Assembly: GCA_964505165.1 (NCBI GenBank)
Contig: CAZDGZ010000002.1
Location: 738 to 64,737 of the forward strand
DNA: 64,000 bases
Source of the DNA: an uncultured Anaerolineaceae bacterium
Lineage (GTDB): Bacteria > Chloroflexota > Anaerolineae > Anaerolineales > Villigracilaceae
Reading direction: 5' to 3'
This document shows positions 1 to 9,047 of this stretch, one piece after another; the stretch's first letter is position 1; each line of letters opens with the position of its first letter. The notes beneath the pieces were generated by a model, which was given only the letters and a program-made list of their open reading frames with translations, was not told where the DNA came from and did no database searches. The position numbers and the translations under genes were made by a program.

Positions 1-94
1 TGGAAAATCGAGGAAATGCCCTATCCATTTTGGGCGTGGGATTGGTACGACGAGGAAGACTAATTTGCACCTTCAATAAGAAAGAGGAATTCTC

Positions 95-2017
95 ATGAAA
101 ACGATTCGCCGTCTGTATTTCTACGCGACGACCGGCATCAGCCTGGAAGTAGTGGTCTGGGGCATCATTGGTCTCGCGCGGACCCTGTTCTCGCACAGCA
201 TTACCGGAAGCACCGTCTCCCTCGCCAAAGCGCTCGCGCTCATCGCCGTTGGCATTCCCATCTTTCTCTTTCATTGGACATACGTTCAAAAAGCAACGCA
301 AGAGGACGAAGAGGAACGAAACTCCATCATCCGGGGGATGTTTCTTTACATCGTTCTCATGGGACTGCTGATTCCCGTCGTACAAAACCTCCTCGCCATC
401 GTCAACCGGACGCTCCTCAAACTCCTCCACTTGTCCTCCCCGGCGATAATCGGTGCGGGACAAAATTTCAGCGATAACTTCATTGCCATTCTCGTCAACG
501 GCATTTTGGGATGGTATTTCTACCAAATCATCCAAAAAGAATGGAAAAGCCCTTCCGATATGCTTCCTCTTCTACGGCGGATTTATCGCTATTTGTGGGT
601 ATTCTATGGATTAGGCTTAAGCGTCACCGGGATAGACCTTCTCTTACGCCATCTCTTTTGGGTAATCTCCTCCACGTCATTCACGCTCGTCCTTAGCGAA
701 AATCAATGGATGCAGAACGGAATCACGCTTTCCCTAGTCGGCATTCCGTTGTGGGCATATACATGGAGAATCATCCAAAATTCCTTGGAAACGCCGGAAG
801 AACAAGAATCTTTGCTGCGACTCAGTGTGCTGTACATCATCTCCCTTCTCAGCGTGCTTTTCGTCCTCGCGTCCGGCACGGATATTCTCACCAGGATTAT
901 CGAGACCATTCTTGGATCCGGGGACACGTTCCGAACCCTCCTCCGAAAAAGCGGAGGCGCGCTCGCGCTTCTGATTACGGCGGGAATAGTGTGGGGATAT
1001 TACGGACGCAGCCTTAAGGAAAATCTCGCCGCCGTCCCGGATGCGCCTCGACGCAACGGGATGAAACGAATCTACGGATATATCCTCTCCTTCATCGGGC
1101 TGGTGATGACGTTCGTCGGCATCCTGCTGCTGGTTTCCTTTATCACGGATGCTTTGCTCGAAGAGAACGTGTGGGGCTCCACTCTGCGAAACGAACTTTC
1201 GGGAATCTTATCCGTCCTCATCATCGGGATACCAACTTACTTCGCTTCATGGATTCCAATGCAAAGCGAAGCCCTCGCCAAAAGCGAAGAAGGGGATCAC
1301 GCGCGCCGCTCCATTATTCGGAAAGGATATCTCTACCTTGTGCTTTTCGCCAGCGTTATCGGGAGCATGTCAACATCCGCCTGGTTCCTCTTCCTTGTCA
1401 TCACCGCGCTGCTCGGAGACCCGGGGGAAAGCATTGACTACGCCCATGCAATTGAAAATCTCATCCTCCTGATTCTCCTGGGCATCTATCATTGGAGATC
1501 TCTCCGGGCAGATGCGCGTCAATCCGCCGAAAATCTGAACAAGCAGCATCAAGCCTTTCCTGTCCTGCTTTTCACCGATGCGGAGAGTACACTCGCCAAC
1601 ATCTTAACCTTCGAACTCAAGAAAGAAGCACCCGCGCTCCCTCTCCTTCTCCACGATATTCACGCTCCGCTTTCGGAAGAATCCTCCTCGGCGAAGGCCG
1701 TCCTTCTCCCCGCGAATCTCCTTCTGGCGCTTCCGGATTCTCTCCGTCAATGGCTCGATGAGTTCTCCGGCGAGAAAATTTTCCTCCCGCCCTCCGAGGG
1801 AACGTGGGAATGGATTGGGGAAGAAGAATTTTCTCCCAAAGAAACCGCGAAAGCACTCCGCCGCCTTGCAGAAGGCGAAAAACCAAAGAAGAGATCTTCT
1901 ATCTCATTTTGGACGATTTTCGCATACGTCATCGTTGGAGGAATCCTCTTGCAACTCATCATCGGCATTGTCTCCGCCCTAATCGCCATTACATTCACCT
2001 TAAGTGGGATTGATTAA
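95..2017 (+). CDS. Polytopic membrane protein made of repeated two-helix modules (DUF5671-like, function unknown)
   Basis: 640-aa ORF with AGAGGA 6 nt before the ATG. A helix / charged loop / helix module recurs several times (GIPIFLFHWTYVQKATQEDEEERNSIIRGMFLYIVL; GIPLWAYTWRIIQNSLETPEEQESLLRLSVLYIISL; GIPTYFASWIPMQSEALAKSEEGDHARRSIIRKGYLYLVLF). The family name is from memory. No catalytic motif seen. Confidence 0.7.
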   Translation: MKTIRRLYFYATTGISLEVVVWGIIGLARTLFSHSITGSTVSLAKALALIAVGIPIFLFHWTYVQKATQEDEEERNSIIRGMFLYIVLMGLLIPVVQNLLAIVNRTLLKLLHLSSPAIIGAGQNFSDNFIAILVNGILGWYFYQIIQKEWKSPSDMLPLLRRIYRYLWVFYGLGLSVTGIDLLLRHLFWVISSTSFTLVLSENQWMQNGITLSLVGIPLWAYTWRIIQNSLETPEEQESLLRLSVLYIISLLSVLFVLASGTDILTRIIETILGSGDTFRTLLRKSGGALALLITAGIVWGYYGRSLKENLAAVPDAPRRNGMKRIYGYILSFIGLVMTFVGILLLVSFITDALLEENVWGSTLRNELSGILSVLIIGIPTYFASWIPMQSEALAKSEEGDHARRSIIRKGYLYLVLFASVIGSMSTSAWFLFLVITALLGDPGESIDYAHAIENLILLILLGIYHWRSLRADARQSAENLNKQHQAFPVLLFTDAESTLANILTFELKKEAPALPLLLHDIHAPLSEESSSAKAVLLPANLLLALPDSLRQWLDEFSGEKIFLPPSEGTWEWIGEEEFSPKETAKALRRLAEGEKPKKRSSISFWTIFAYVIVGGILLQLIIGIVSALIAITFTLSGID

Positions 2018-2026
2018 TGATATACT
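2018..2026 (+). promoter_or_regulatory. Possible extended -10 element (TGATATACT) upstream of dnaN
   Basis: TGnTATACT-type sequence about 40 nt upstream of the dnaN ATG. No good -35 is visible. Pattern match only. Confidence 0.3.
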
Positions 2027-2066
2027 TTGCACACACCCTTTCCATCAACCCACACGAGGTTCTGCT

Positions 2067-3200
2067 ATGAAATTAACCGTCCTCCAAGAAAATCTGGCTA
2101 GAGGTTTGAATATTGTCTCGAGAGCCGTCTCACCTCGTAGCACTCTGCCCGTTCTAGCGAATATCCTTCTCGCAAGCGATGAGGGACGCCTTCGTCTATC
2201 GGCGACGAATCTGGAACTCGGAATCACTGCCTGGATTCCCGCACAGATAGAAGAAGAAGGCTCGATAACCGTCCCCGCGCGCACCTTTTCCGACCTCATC
2301 AACACCCTTCCCAGCAACAAAGTACAACTCACGCTCAACCCATCCACGCAAACCCTCAACGTCCGCAGCGGAACGTCGAATAACGATGTCAAAGGAATCG
2401 ACGCGCAGGAATTTCCTCCGCTCCCTGTGCCGGAAATGGATGGCGCGATTCGGCTGAACGTCGTGGACTTCAAGGAGATGATTCAACAAGTGGTCTTCGC
2501 GGCATCCAGCGACGAAGCCCGCCCGGTGCTGATGGGTGTTCTCATCATCGTCGAGGGAGAGCAAATCACTCTCGCAGCGGCGGACGGCTTCCGACTTTCC
2601 GTGAGAAAAGCGAATCTCTCCTCCCCCGCACCGAATCCGATAAAAATCATCGTCCCCGCAAAAGCCCTCAGCGAATTGGCGCGCATCGCCAGCGACTCGG
2701 AAGAAAGCGTCTCGATGATTGTCCCCGAAGGTCGAGGACAGGTCGTTTTCCGGCTGAAAAACGTGGAATTGGTCTCACAACTCATCGAAGGAACATTCCC
2801 GGATTACGAGCAAATCATCCCACGCTCTTATAAATCCCGCACACTGGTTTCCACCGCCGCGTTGCTCAAAGCCTGCAAACAAGCGGAAATCTTCGCGCGG
2901 GAGGGAGCAAACGTCGCGCGGCTCAACATCAAATCAGCAGAAAACGAGATGGAAAGCAGCGAAATCGAAGTCTCCGCCCATTCGGAGGAAACCGGCTCCA
3001 ACGAGACTGTCGTCGAAGCCACCGTAGACGGGTCGGGGTTGCTCATCGCGTTCAACGTGAAATTCCTCCGCGAAGCGCTGGAGGTCATCAAAACGCCGAA
3101 TGTTGCCATCGAGACCTCCGCACCAAACGCCCCCGGCGTCATCCGTCCTGCAGGAGACGAGGATTTCGTCCATGTGATTATGCCCATGCACCTCGGCTAA
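2067..3200 (+). CDS. dnaN: DNA polymerase III beta sliding clamp
   Basis: MKLTVLQENLARGLNIVSRAVSPRSTLPVLANILL... has typical beta-clamp sequence and length (377 aa). I place the start at ATG 2067 (ACGAGG upstream) instead of ORF-track 2004, whose first 21 codons overlap the upstream gene and look unrelated. Confidence 0.95.
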   Translation: MKLTVLQENLARGLNIVSRAVSPRSTLPVLANILLASDEGRLRLSATNLELGITAWIPAQIEEEGSITVPARTFSDLINTLPSNKVQLTLNPSTQTLNVRSGTSNNDVKGIDAQEFPPLPVPEMDGAIRLNVVDFKEMIQQVVFAASSDEARPVLMGVLIIVEGEQITLAAADGFRLSVRKANLSSPAPNPIKIIVPAKALSELARIASDSEESVSMIVPEGRGQVVFRLKNVELVSQLIEGTFPDYEQIIPRSYKSRTLVSTAALLKACKQAEIFAREGANVARLNIKSAENEMESSEIEVSAHSEETGSNETVVEATVDGSGLLIAFNVKFLREALEVIKTPNVAIETSAPNAPGVIRPAGDEDFVHVIMPMHLG

Positions 3201-3226
3201 TCTAAAAAATCGGACTCTTCGCAAAA

Positions 3227-5623
3227 ATGTCAGGGCGCACGCTCTGGCATTTTTCATACCCTTTTCCAAGAGAAAAAATGACCCTCCCTGCCCCATCCTC
3301 GAATCGGATACTCAATCTCTACCTTACGCTGAATCAATATCCCGTTCTCAGCAGCCGCATTCGCGCGCGAATGCGGCGGGAACTTTTCAAACGCGGCATC
3401 ATCAGCCGCGAGGACTTCGAAGCCGAAGCGCGCAAAAAAGCCATTCTCTCCCAAAAACGCGAGGGGCTGCATGACCCCTTTGCAGAAGAATCCCATGAAA
3501 TTTGGGAACTGCGCCTCGCTCGAATTCGTGATTCACTGACCGATTTCTATTTCGCGTACAACCTTCCCTACGAAGACTTCGAGGAAATCGTCCGCTCCAT
3601 CCTCGCAGAGCGCAGCGGAGAAGCGCCGGATATCGTCACATTCAATCCAGAACTCGCGCCTCACGAAATGCTCTTCGAGCAAGCGGCGGCCATCGAAGCG
3701 CTTCCTCCGCAAGAGCGCGCGCCGCTGGAAGCGCGGCTTCAGGAAATCAAGGTCGTTCTCATCCGCACGATGATTAGCGACCAACTCGCGTACATCAACA
3801 TCGCCAAAGAATGGTTTACCGTAGAGGATTTGAAGAAAATTCGGCGAAAGAAAATCGGGGAAGGAAAAATCGGCGGAAAATCCGCAGGGATGCTCCTCGC
3901 CCAACGAATCCTCCACGAAGTTGCCCCGCCAGACATCGCGGCATCTATTCGCACGCCCATCTCCTATTACCTCGGCTCTGATGTCATGTATGCATTTATG
4001 TCTATAAATGGACTAATGAGATGGGCAGACCAAAAATACAAAAGCGAAGAGCAAATCCGCGCGGAATACCCGCAACTAGAAAAAGAATTTATCGCCGGGC
4101 ATTTCCCCGACGAAATTCTGGAACAACTGCGCTCCCTGCTCGAAAAAGCAGGCAACCATCCTCTCATCGTCCGCTCGTCCAGTTTGCTGGAAGATAGTTT
4201 CGGGACATCCTTCGCAGGAAAATACGAAAGTTATTTCTGCCCGAACCAGAAAAGCCTCGACGAGAATCTCGAAGCGCTGACGAAAGCCATTGCCCGCGTC
4301 TACGCCAGCGGGTTACGCGCCGAACCGCTTCTCTATCGCCGCCGCATGGGACTTCTCGACTACGACGAGAGAATTGCCATCCTCATCCAGTTTGTTCAGG
4401 GGCAGCGCATGGGACGGTATTACCTCCCGCACGGCGCGGGCGTCGCGTTCAGTCGAAATCTCTACCGATGGTCGCCGCAAATCCGCAAAGAAGACGGATT
4501 CATGCGTCTGGTTTGGGGATTGGGCACCCGCGCGGTGGATCAGGTTGGCAACGACTATCCTCGCCTCGTCGCGTTGAGTCATCCGCTGCTGCATCCGGGG
4601 GCAGAGGTCAAATCCATTCGGCGATATTCCCAACAATATGTAGACTTAATTGACTTGGAAGAAAACACTTTCAAAACCCTCCCCGCGCGCGAGGTTTTGC
4701 AGCCCACCTCTCCCGTACTGCGCTACATCGCGCAAGTCTACGAAGAGGGATACCTCGCTTCGCTCCGCTCGAATCTCGTGGACAAAGAAAACCTCGTCGT
4801 CACCTTCGACGGACTTCTGCGCCGCACTCCCTTCGCGGAATATATGCGAACCGCGCTCAATCTTCTCGAACAACATTACCACGCCCCCGTAGACACAGAA
4901 TTCACCGTTGAAGTCGTCAACCCAAACGAGATTCAGCCTCAGGTGAAAATCACGCTTCTCCAATGCCGTCCGCAAAGTCATTTGGATATGGATAAGGAAG
5001 CCCATCTGCCCTCGAACCTAGACGAGAAAGAAATCATCTTCTCGACCCGCCGTATGGTCCCGCGCGGCAGCATCTTCGGCATCCGCTACGTTCTCTTCGT
5101 CCCACCGGAAAAATACTTCAGCCTCGCCTCTCAATCAGAACGGAACAAACTGGAACGCGCCATCGGACGCCTGAACGCCGCGCTGGAAGGCGAATCCTAC
5201 ATCGCCGTCGGTCCCGGGCGCTGGGGAACCTCCAGCCCGGATTTAGGCATTCACATCGGGTTTGCGGATATCTACAACACCCAGGCACTCATCGAACTTT
5301 CCGGCAAAGGGATTGGCTCCGCGCCGGAACCCTCCTTCGGGACACATTTCTTCCAAGATTTGATGGAAGCGCAAATCTATCCCCTCGCGATTTACCTCGA
5401 CGATGAAGACGTTCTTTTCAACCGAGATTTCTTCTACAAAACGCCGAATCGCCTTCGCCGATGGATTTCCGCCGACAAAACCACCACCGACGCCTTACGC
5501 CTCATCGCCGTCGAAGATTTTCGGCGCGGGCGGTCTCTTTCCCTCATTATGGACGATGAACAAGGAAAAGCCGTTGCCTTTTTGCAGAAAAAGGCAAAAA
5601 AGCGAAAAAAACTGAGCACATAA
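3227..5623 (+). CDS. PEP/pyruvate-binding (PPDK_N ATP-grasp) domain protein, PEP synthase/PPDK-related
   Basis: The block LIVRSSSLLEDSFGTSFAGKYESY and the surrounding sequence match the nucleotide-binding N-terminal domain of PEP synthase / pyruvate phosphate dikinase. I recognised no phosphohistidine swivel or PEP-utiliser barrel domain. An alternative start is ATG 3278. Confidence 0.8.
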   Translation: MSGRTLWHFSYPFPREKMTLPAPSSNRILNLYLTLNQYPVLSSRIRARMRRELFKRGIISREDFEAEARKKAILSQKREGLHDPFAEESHEIWELRLARIRDSLTDFYFAYNLPYEDFEEIVRSILAERSGEAPDIVTFNPELAPHEMLFEQAAAIEALPPQERAPLEARLQEIKVVLIRTMISDQLAYINIAKEWFTVEDLKKIRRKKIGEGKIGGKSAGMLLAQRILHEVAPPDIAASIRTPISYYLGSDVMYAFMSINGLMRWADQKYKSEEQIRAEYPQLEKEFIAGHFPDEILEQLRSLLEKAGNHPLIVRSSSLLEDSFGTSFAGKYESYFCPNQKSLDENLEALTKAIARVYASGLRAEPLLYRRRMGLLDYDERIAILIQFVQGQRMGRYYLPHGAGVAFSRNLYRWSPQIRKEDGFMRLVWGLGTRAVDQVGNDYPRLVALSHPLLHPGAEVKSIRRYSQQYVDLIDLEENTFKTLPAREVLQPTSPVLRYIAQVYEEGYLASLRSNLVDKENLVVTFDGLLRRTPFAEYMRTALNLLEQHYHAPVDTEFTVEVVNPNEIQPQVKITLLQCRPQSHLDMDKEAHLPSNLDEKEIIFSTRRMVPRGSIFGIRYVLFVPPEKYFSLASQSERNKLERAIGRLNAALEGESYIAVGPGRWGTSSPDLGIHIGFADIYNTQALIELSGKGIGSAPEPSFGTHFFQDLMEAQIYPLAIYLDDEDVLFNRDFFYKTPNRLRRWISADKTTTDALRLIAVEDFRRGRSLSLIMDDEQGKAVAFLQKKAKKRKKLST

Positions 5624-5641
5624 CGAAGACAGCCTCGCGAC

Positions 5642-5677
5642 AAAAAAGCCGACGGATGAGCACCCGTCGGCTTTTTC
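5642..5677. terminator. Bidirectional rho-independent terminator between convergent genes
   Basis: AAAAAAGCCGACGG-loop-CCGTCGGCTTTTT. A 9-bp GC-rich stem (5647-5655 / 5664-5672) is flanked by an A-tract on one side and a T-tract on the other. Confidence 0.75.
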
Positions 5678-5692
5678 GGACTTCTCTACGTC

Positions 5693-6349
5693 TCAAGATA
5701 TTTTCTCTCGCTCTTCCTTCTGATAGAGGACATACGAATATCCGACCAAAAAGATGGATACGGCAAAAAGCGGCACCAGCAGGAACCATACCGCGTATTT
5801 CGAGAAGAAAATTCCCATCAGGGCGAGGAGTCCCGCCGCGATATAAAGCACAGCCCCAAGAGAATGAGTCTTCTTCCAGACGAAATCGCTGCTGAGGGTC
5901 CAGGGCGTGCGAATCCCGATAAACCAATTTCGCTCTGCTTTCCGCATCATCACGCCGATATAGATAAAAAGCAGTCCCAGCGCGGGCATCATCGCCGTTC
6001 CCATATCGAAATCGGTATACCCCAAATTCCAAGCGAGAGTCAGCCCGTGCATATAAAAGAGAAAGAGCATCATCAATACGATAAAGGTATTGAAATATCC
6101 GCGAAACCGCTCGATATTTCCTCGTAAGGGATCAATGCGGGGGATGAGCAACGCGAGGAGGAGAAATCCCGCCGCCAGAAGAGGCATCAACGCCACCGCC
6201 CAAAAACGCGGCATATAACCATCCACCTGCCCCGCCGCATTCCAATGAGAGGCCATCCTCGCCGGTAATTGCGGATACAAAGCCATCCCAACGAAAACCG
6301 CCACGATAAGAAGCACCACCGAGACGATAACCATATTCCGAGTAGACAT
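5693..6349 (-). CDS. SdpI/DUF1648-family membrane protein
   Basis: MSTRNMVIVSVVLLIVAVF...PARMASHWNAAGQVDGYMPRFWA... matches the DUF1648 N-terminus, followed by SdpI-like helices. The start is taken at internal ATG 6349 (ORF-track 6382). Confidence 0.75.
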   Translation of the reverse strand: MSTRNMVIVSVVLLIVAVFVGMALYPQLPARMASHWNAAGQVDGYMPRFWAVALMPLLAAGFLLLALLIPRIDPLRGNIERFRGYFNTFIVLMMLFLFYMHGLTLAWNLGYTDFDMGTAMMPALGLLFIYIGVMMRKAERNWFIGIRTPWTLSSDFVWKKTHSLGAVLYIAAGLLALMGIFFSKYAVWFLLVPLFAVSIFLVGYSYVLYQKEEREKIS

Positions 6350-6384
6350 TTTTCCTCCAGATTTTTGTTTCATGTGAAACAAAG

Positions 6385-7353
6385 TTATTCTTCAGAAGGT
6401 AAATTTTGCTGCGCCAGAGAGACGATGCCGCTCAGTCCTCCCAGATTCATCGTATCCACCGCGCTGCTGGGCACGATGACCAACGCGCCTTTTTCTTTCA
6501 GCCCTTCGAAAAGCATATTCATCGCCCGCAGGTGCAGCGCCGTCGGATTTTCTGCGTAGGCTTTCGAGGCTTCCGCGAAAGAGGCGGCGATTTCCATTTC
6601 CGACTCTCCCAAAATGACCCGCGCCTGTCGTTCGCGCTCCGCCTGAGCCTGCCGGCTCATCGCATCTTCTAAATCCTGCGGGATGATGATGTCGCGTATC
6701 TCCACCGACTGAACGGTAACGCCCCAAGGCGTCGTCCGCTCGTCAATGATACGCTGCAAATCCGCATCCATCTTCGAGCGCCCGACGAGAATATCCGCCA
6801 GGCTCATTTGCCCGATGATTTCCCGCAAGGCAGTCTGTGCGGCCCACGCAATCGCGGCGCGGTAATCTTCCACCTCCAACGCGGCTTTTTCCGCGTCCCA
6901 GACCACCCAAAAGAGTACCGCGTCCACATCCACCGGCACGGTATCTTTCGTCAGCGTTTTTTCTGCCGAAAACGGGGTCACCATTACGCGATGGTCAATC
7001 CACATCGGAATCGAGTCGAAAATCGGGACAACCCAAAACAATCCCGGACCCGCCAGAGCGCGAAACTTCCCCAATCGCAGCACGACCGCTTTCTCCCACT
7101 GGGAGGCAACTTTCAACGCGAACAGGATGTAGATTCCTATCAGCGTCCAAAACAAAACCCATGCGCCGGAAAGTCCATCAGAGATATTCGCTGCGGACAT
7201 CCACGCTCCTCCCAAAACGGCAAGAAGTATCGCCGCGCCAAAGAGCATCGCCGCCACACCGGGAATGTGCGCATCAGGGCTATTGTTATTTTTCTTTTCC
7301 CCTTTCCCCTTCGTCGAAAATTGATTAAGCATAGAACACCTCGTTTTCATCAA
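6385..7353 (-). CDS. SPFH/band-7 (stomatin/prohibitin-like) membrane protein
   Basis: An N-terminal TM helix is followed by WEKAVVLRLGKFRALAGPGLFWVVPIFD...TKDTVPVDVDAVLFWVV and a coiled QAQAERERQARVILGESE segment typical of slipins. The start is uncertain; ATG 7332 has GAGGTG just upstream. Confidence 0.85.
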   Translation of the reverse strand: MMKTRCSMLNQFSTKGKGEKKNNNSPDAHIPGVAAMLFGAAILLAVLGGAWMSAANISDGLSGAWVLFWTLIGIYILFALKVASQWEKAVVLRLGKFRALAGPGLFWVVPIFDSIPMWIDHRVMVTPFSAEKTLTKDTVPVDVDAVLFWVVWDAEKAALEVEDYRAAIAWAAQTALREIIGQMSLADILVGRSKMDADLQRIIDERTTPWGVTVQSVEIRDIIIPQDLEDAMSRQAQAERERQARVILGESEMEIAASFAEASKAYAENPTALHLRAMNMLFEGLKEKGALVIVPSSAVDTMNLGGLSGIVSLAQQNLPSEE

Positions 7354-7378
7354 AAACAGATTTCATCAAACCTCTGTT

Positions 7379-7789
7379 TCAAGACTCGTCCTCCAGATAG
7401 GGACGCAGTGCCTCCAAAATTTCGGATTTTTCGTATCCCAATCTCGAGGCTTCGTCTACGCATCGGGAAAGTAAAGAAGCAAGGGCTTCCTCCCGGAGCG
7501 ATTGCGTTTTCTCCGGCGGCGGAATTTCCAAAATATAAGTGCCGCGTCCCTGCTGCGTCGAGATAATCCCTGCTTCATCCAGAAGGCGATACGCACGCGC
7601 CACCGTATTGAAATTGATACGAAGTTCCTGCGCCAGCGCACGCACTGTCGGCAACTGCTCTCCGGGGGAGAGATCGCCGCTCAATGTCAATTGCCGAATC
7701 CGCTCGACCAATTGCAAATAAATCGGAGTTCTGGAGCGGAAATCCGGACGTATACGAGAGGCAAAGAGAGAGACTTCTTTAGGATTCAT
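7379..7789 (-). CDS. GntR-family (YtrA-like, short effector domain) transcriptional regulator
   Basis: 136 aa. GEQLPTVRALAQELRINFNTVARAYRLLDEAGIISTQQGRGTYI is the GntR winged helix-turn-helix. It is the first gene of a minus-strand unit with the SPFH and SdpI-like genes. Confidence 0.9.
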   Translation of the reverse strand: MNPKEVSLFASRIRPDFRSRTPIYLQLVERIRQLTLSGDLSPGEQLPTVRALAQELRINFNTVARAYRLLDEAGIISTQQGRGTYILEIPPPEKTQSLREEALASLLSRCVDEASRLGYEKSEILEALRPYLEDES

Positions 7790-7797
7790 CGGCTGAT

Positions 7798-7829
7798 AAT
7801 TGTACTAATTGTATAATTGTCACAATTGT
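7798..7829. promoter_or_regulatory. Array of four AATTGT(A/C) repeats (candidate GntR operator overlapping -10-like hexamers)
   Basis: AATTGT starts at 7798, 7807, 7815 and 7824 (8-9 bp period). ACAATTGT at 7822-7829 is a perfect palindrome. The array directly abuts the regulator start codon at 7789. Confidence 0.5.
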
Positions 7830-7948
7830 ACGCCAAAATATCTCTCCCGTCAAGAAGAATCATGAAACCGCAATTGACGCGGTAGAACAGGCATGCTATG
7901 ATGCAGAGGCGTTTATTCTTCTTTTATTTATTGTTTCAAGGAGTTATT

Positions 7949-9037
7949 ATGAGCACTGAATTTATTTTTCGTATTCTCGGTATGTTCTTCTTCTCCATCT
8001 TGGGCGGCTATCTCGGAAACTGGCTCGGACGTTTCAACGAACCCTCGACCTTCCTTTATGTCACAATTTTCGGGCTCCTCGGCGCACTTGTCGGATTGAT
8101 TCTCACCCCATTTTTCACCACACGCCCCACCCGCGCGTTGCGCTCTCTCCTCGGACGGCTTTCCGCGGAGACCCTCTTTTCCGGTCTTGTCGGCTTGATG
8201 ACAGGGCTGCTCATCGCTGCATTGCTGGCGTTTCCTCTCTCCCTCCTCCCCTCGCCTTTCGGAAAAATCCTCCCCTTCATTGGAGTCGTCTTCTTCGGAT
8301 ATATCGGCGTCGCGGTCTTCGTCATGCGACAGGGAGACATCATCGGACTGCTCTCGTCAGTAGCGCACCGCACACCCGGCGTCGAGGGACAAACCTCCAG
8401 TTGGTCTAAAATGAACCGCACCATTCTCCTCGACACGAGCGTCATCATTGACGGACGAATCGCCGACATCGCGCGCACAGGCTTCCTTCCCGGCACCCTC
8501 CTCATCCCGCGCTTCGTCCTCAACGAACTCCAATACATCGCCGACTCCCCGGACGGTCTCCGCCGCCAACGCGGACGTCGCGGCATGGAAGTTCTCTCCG
8601 AACTCCAAAAAGACCCTAACGTCATGGTTCGCATCAGCGACATAGACGTGGACGGCGTCCGCGAAGTGGATAGTAAACTCGTCGTCCTCGCGCGGCAACT
8701 ACGATGTCCCATCCTCACCAACGACTACAACCTGAACCGCGTCGCCGAATTGCAAGGCGTCTCCATTCTCAACATCAACGAACTCGCCAACGCCGTCAAA
8801 TCGGTCGTTCTCCCCGGAGAAACCATCCACATCAACATCATTCAGGAAGGCAAAGAACACGGACAAGGCGTCGGCTACATGGAAGACGGCACAATGGTCG
8901 TCGTCGAAAACGGACGCGACCAAATCGGAGAATATATTGATGTCGTCGTCACGAAAGTCTTGCAAACGGCGGCGGGACGAATGATCTTCGCCCGCATCGA
9001 AGAAGACGTACGCGCTTCGAAAGAAAAACGAAAATAG
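7949..9037 (+). CDS. PIN/TRAM-domain membrane-associated protein (YacL-like)
   Basis: N-terminal TM helices are followed by [42 protein letters not shown] (PIN) and a C-terminal TRAM-like domain ([30 protein letters not shown]). The start is at ATG 7949, preceded by AAGGAG. Confidence 0.85.
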   Translation: MSTEFIFRILGMFFFSILGGYLGNWLGRFNEPSTFLYVTIFGLLGALVGLILTPFFTTRPTRALRSLLGRLSAETLFSGLVGLMTGLLIAALLAFPLSLLPSPFGKILPFIGVVFFGYIGVAVFVMRQGDIIGLLSSVAHRTPGVEGQTSSWSKMNRTILLDTSVIIDGRIADIARTGFLPGTLLIPRFVLNELQYIADSPDGLRRQRGRRGMEVLSELQKDPNVMVRISDIDVDGVREVDSKLVVLARQLRCPILTNDYNLNRVAELQGVSILNINELANAVKSVVLPGETIHINIIQEGKEHGQGVGYMEDGTMVVVENGRDQIGEYIDVVVTKVLQTAAGRMIFARIEEDVRASKEKRK

Positions 9038-9047
9038 GAGCCGCTGC

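Noticed and set aside
1-63. Open frame ...WKIEEMPYPFWAWDWYDEED* ending at TAA 61-63, possibly the 3' end of an upstream plus-strand gene
   Set aside because: Only 20 codons are visible, which is too little to support a call or a function. The tail does not resemble DnaA.
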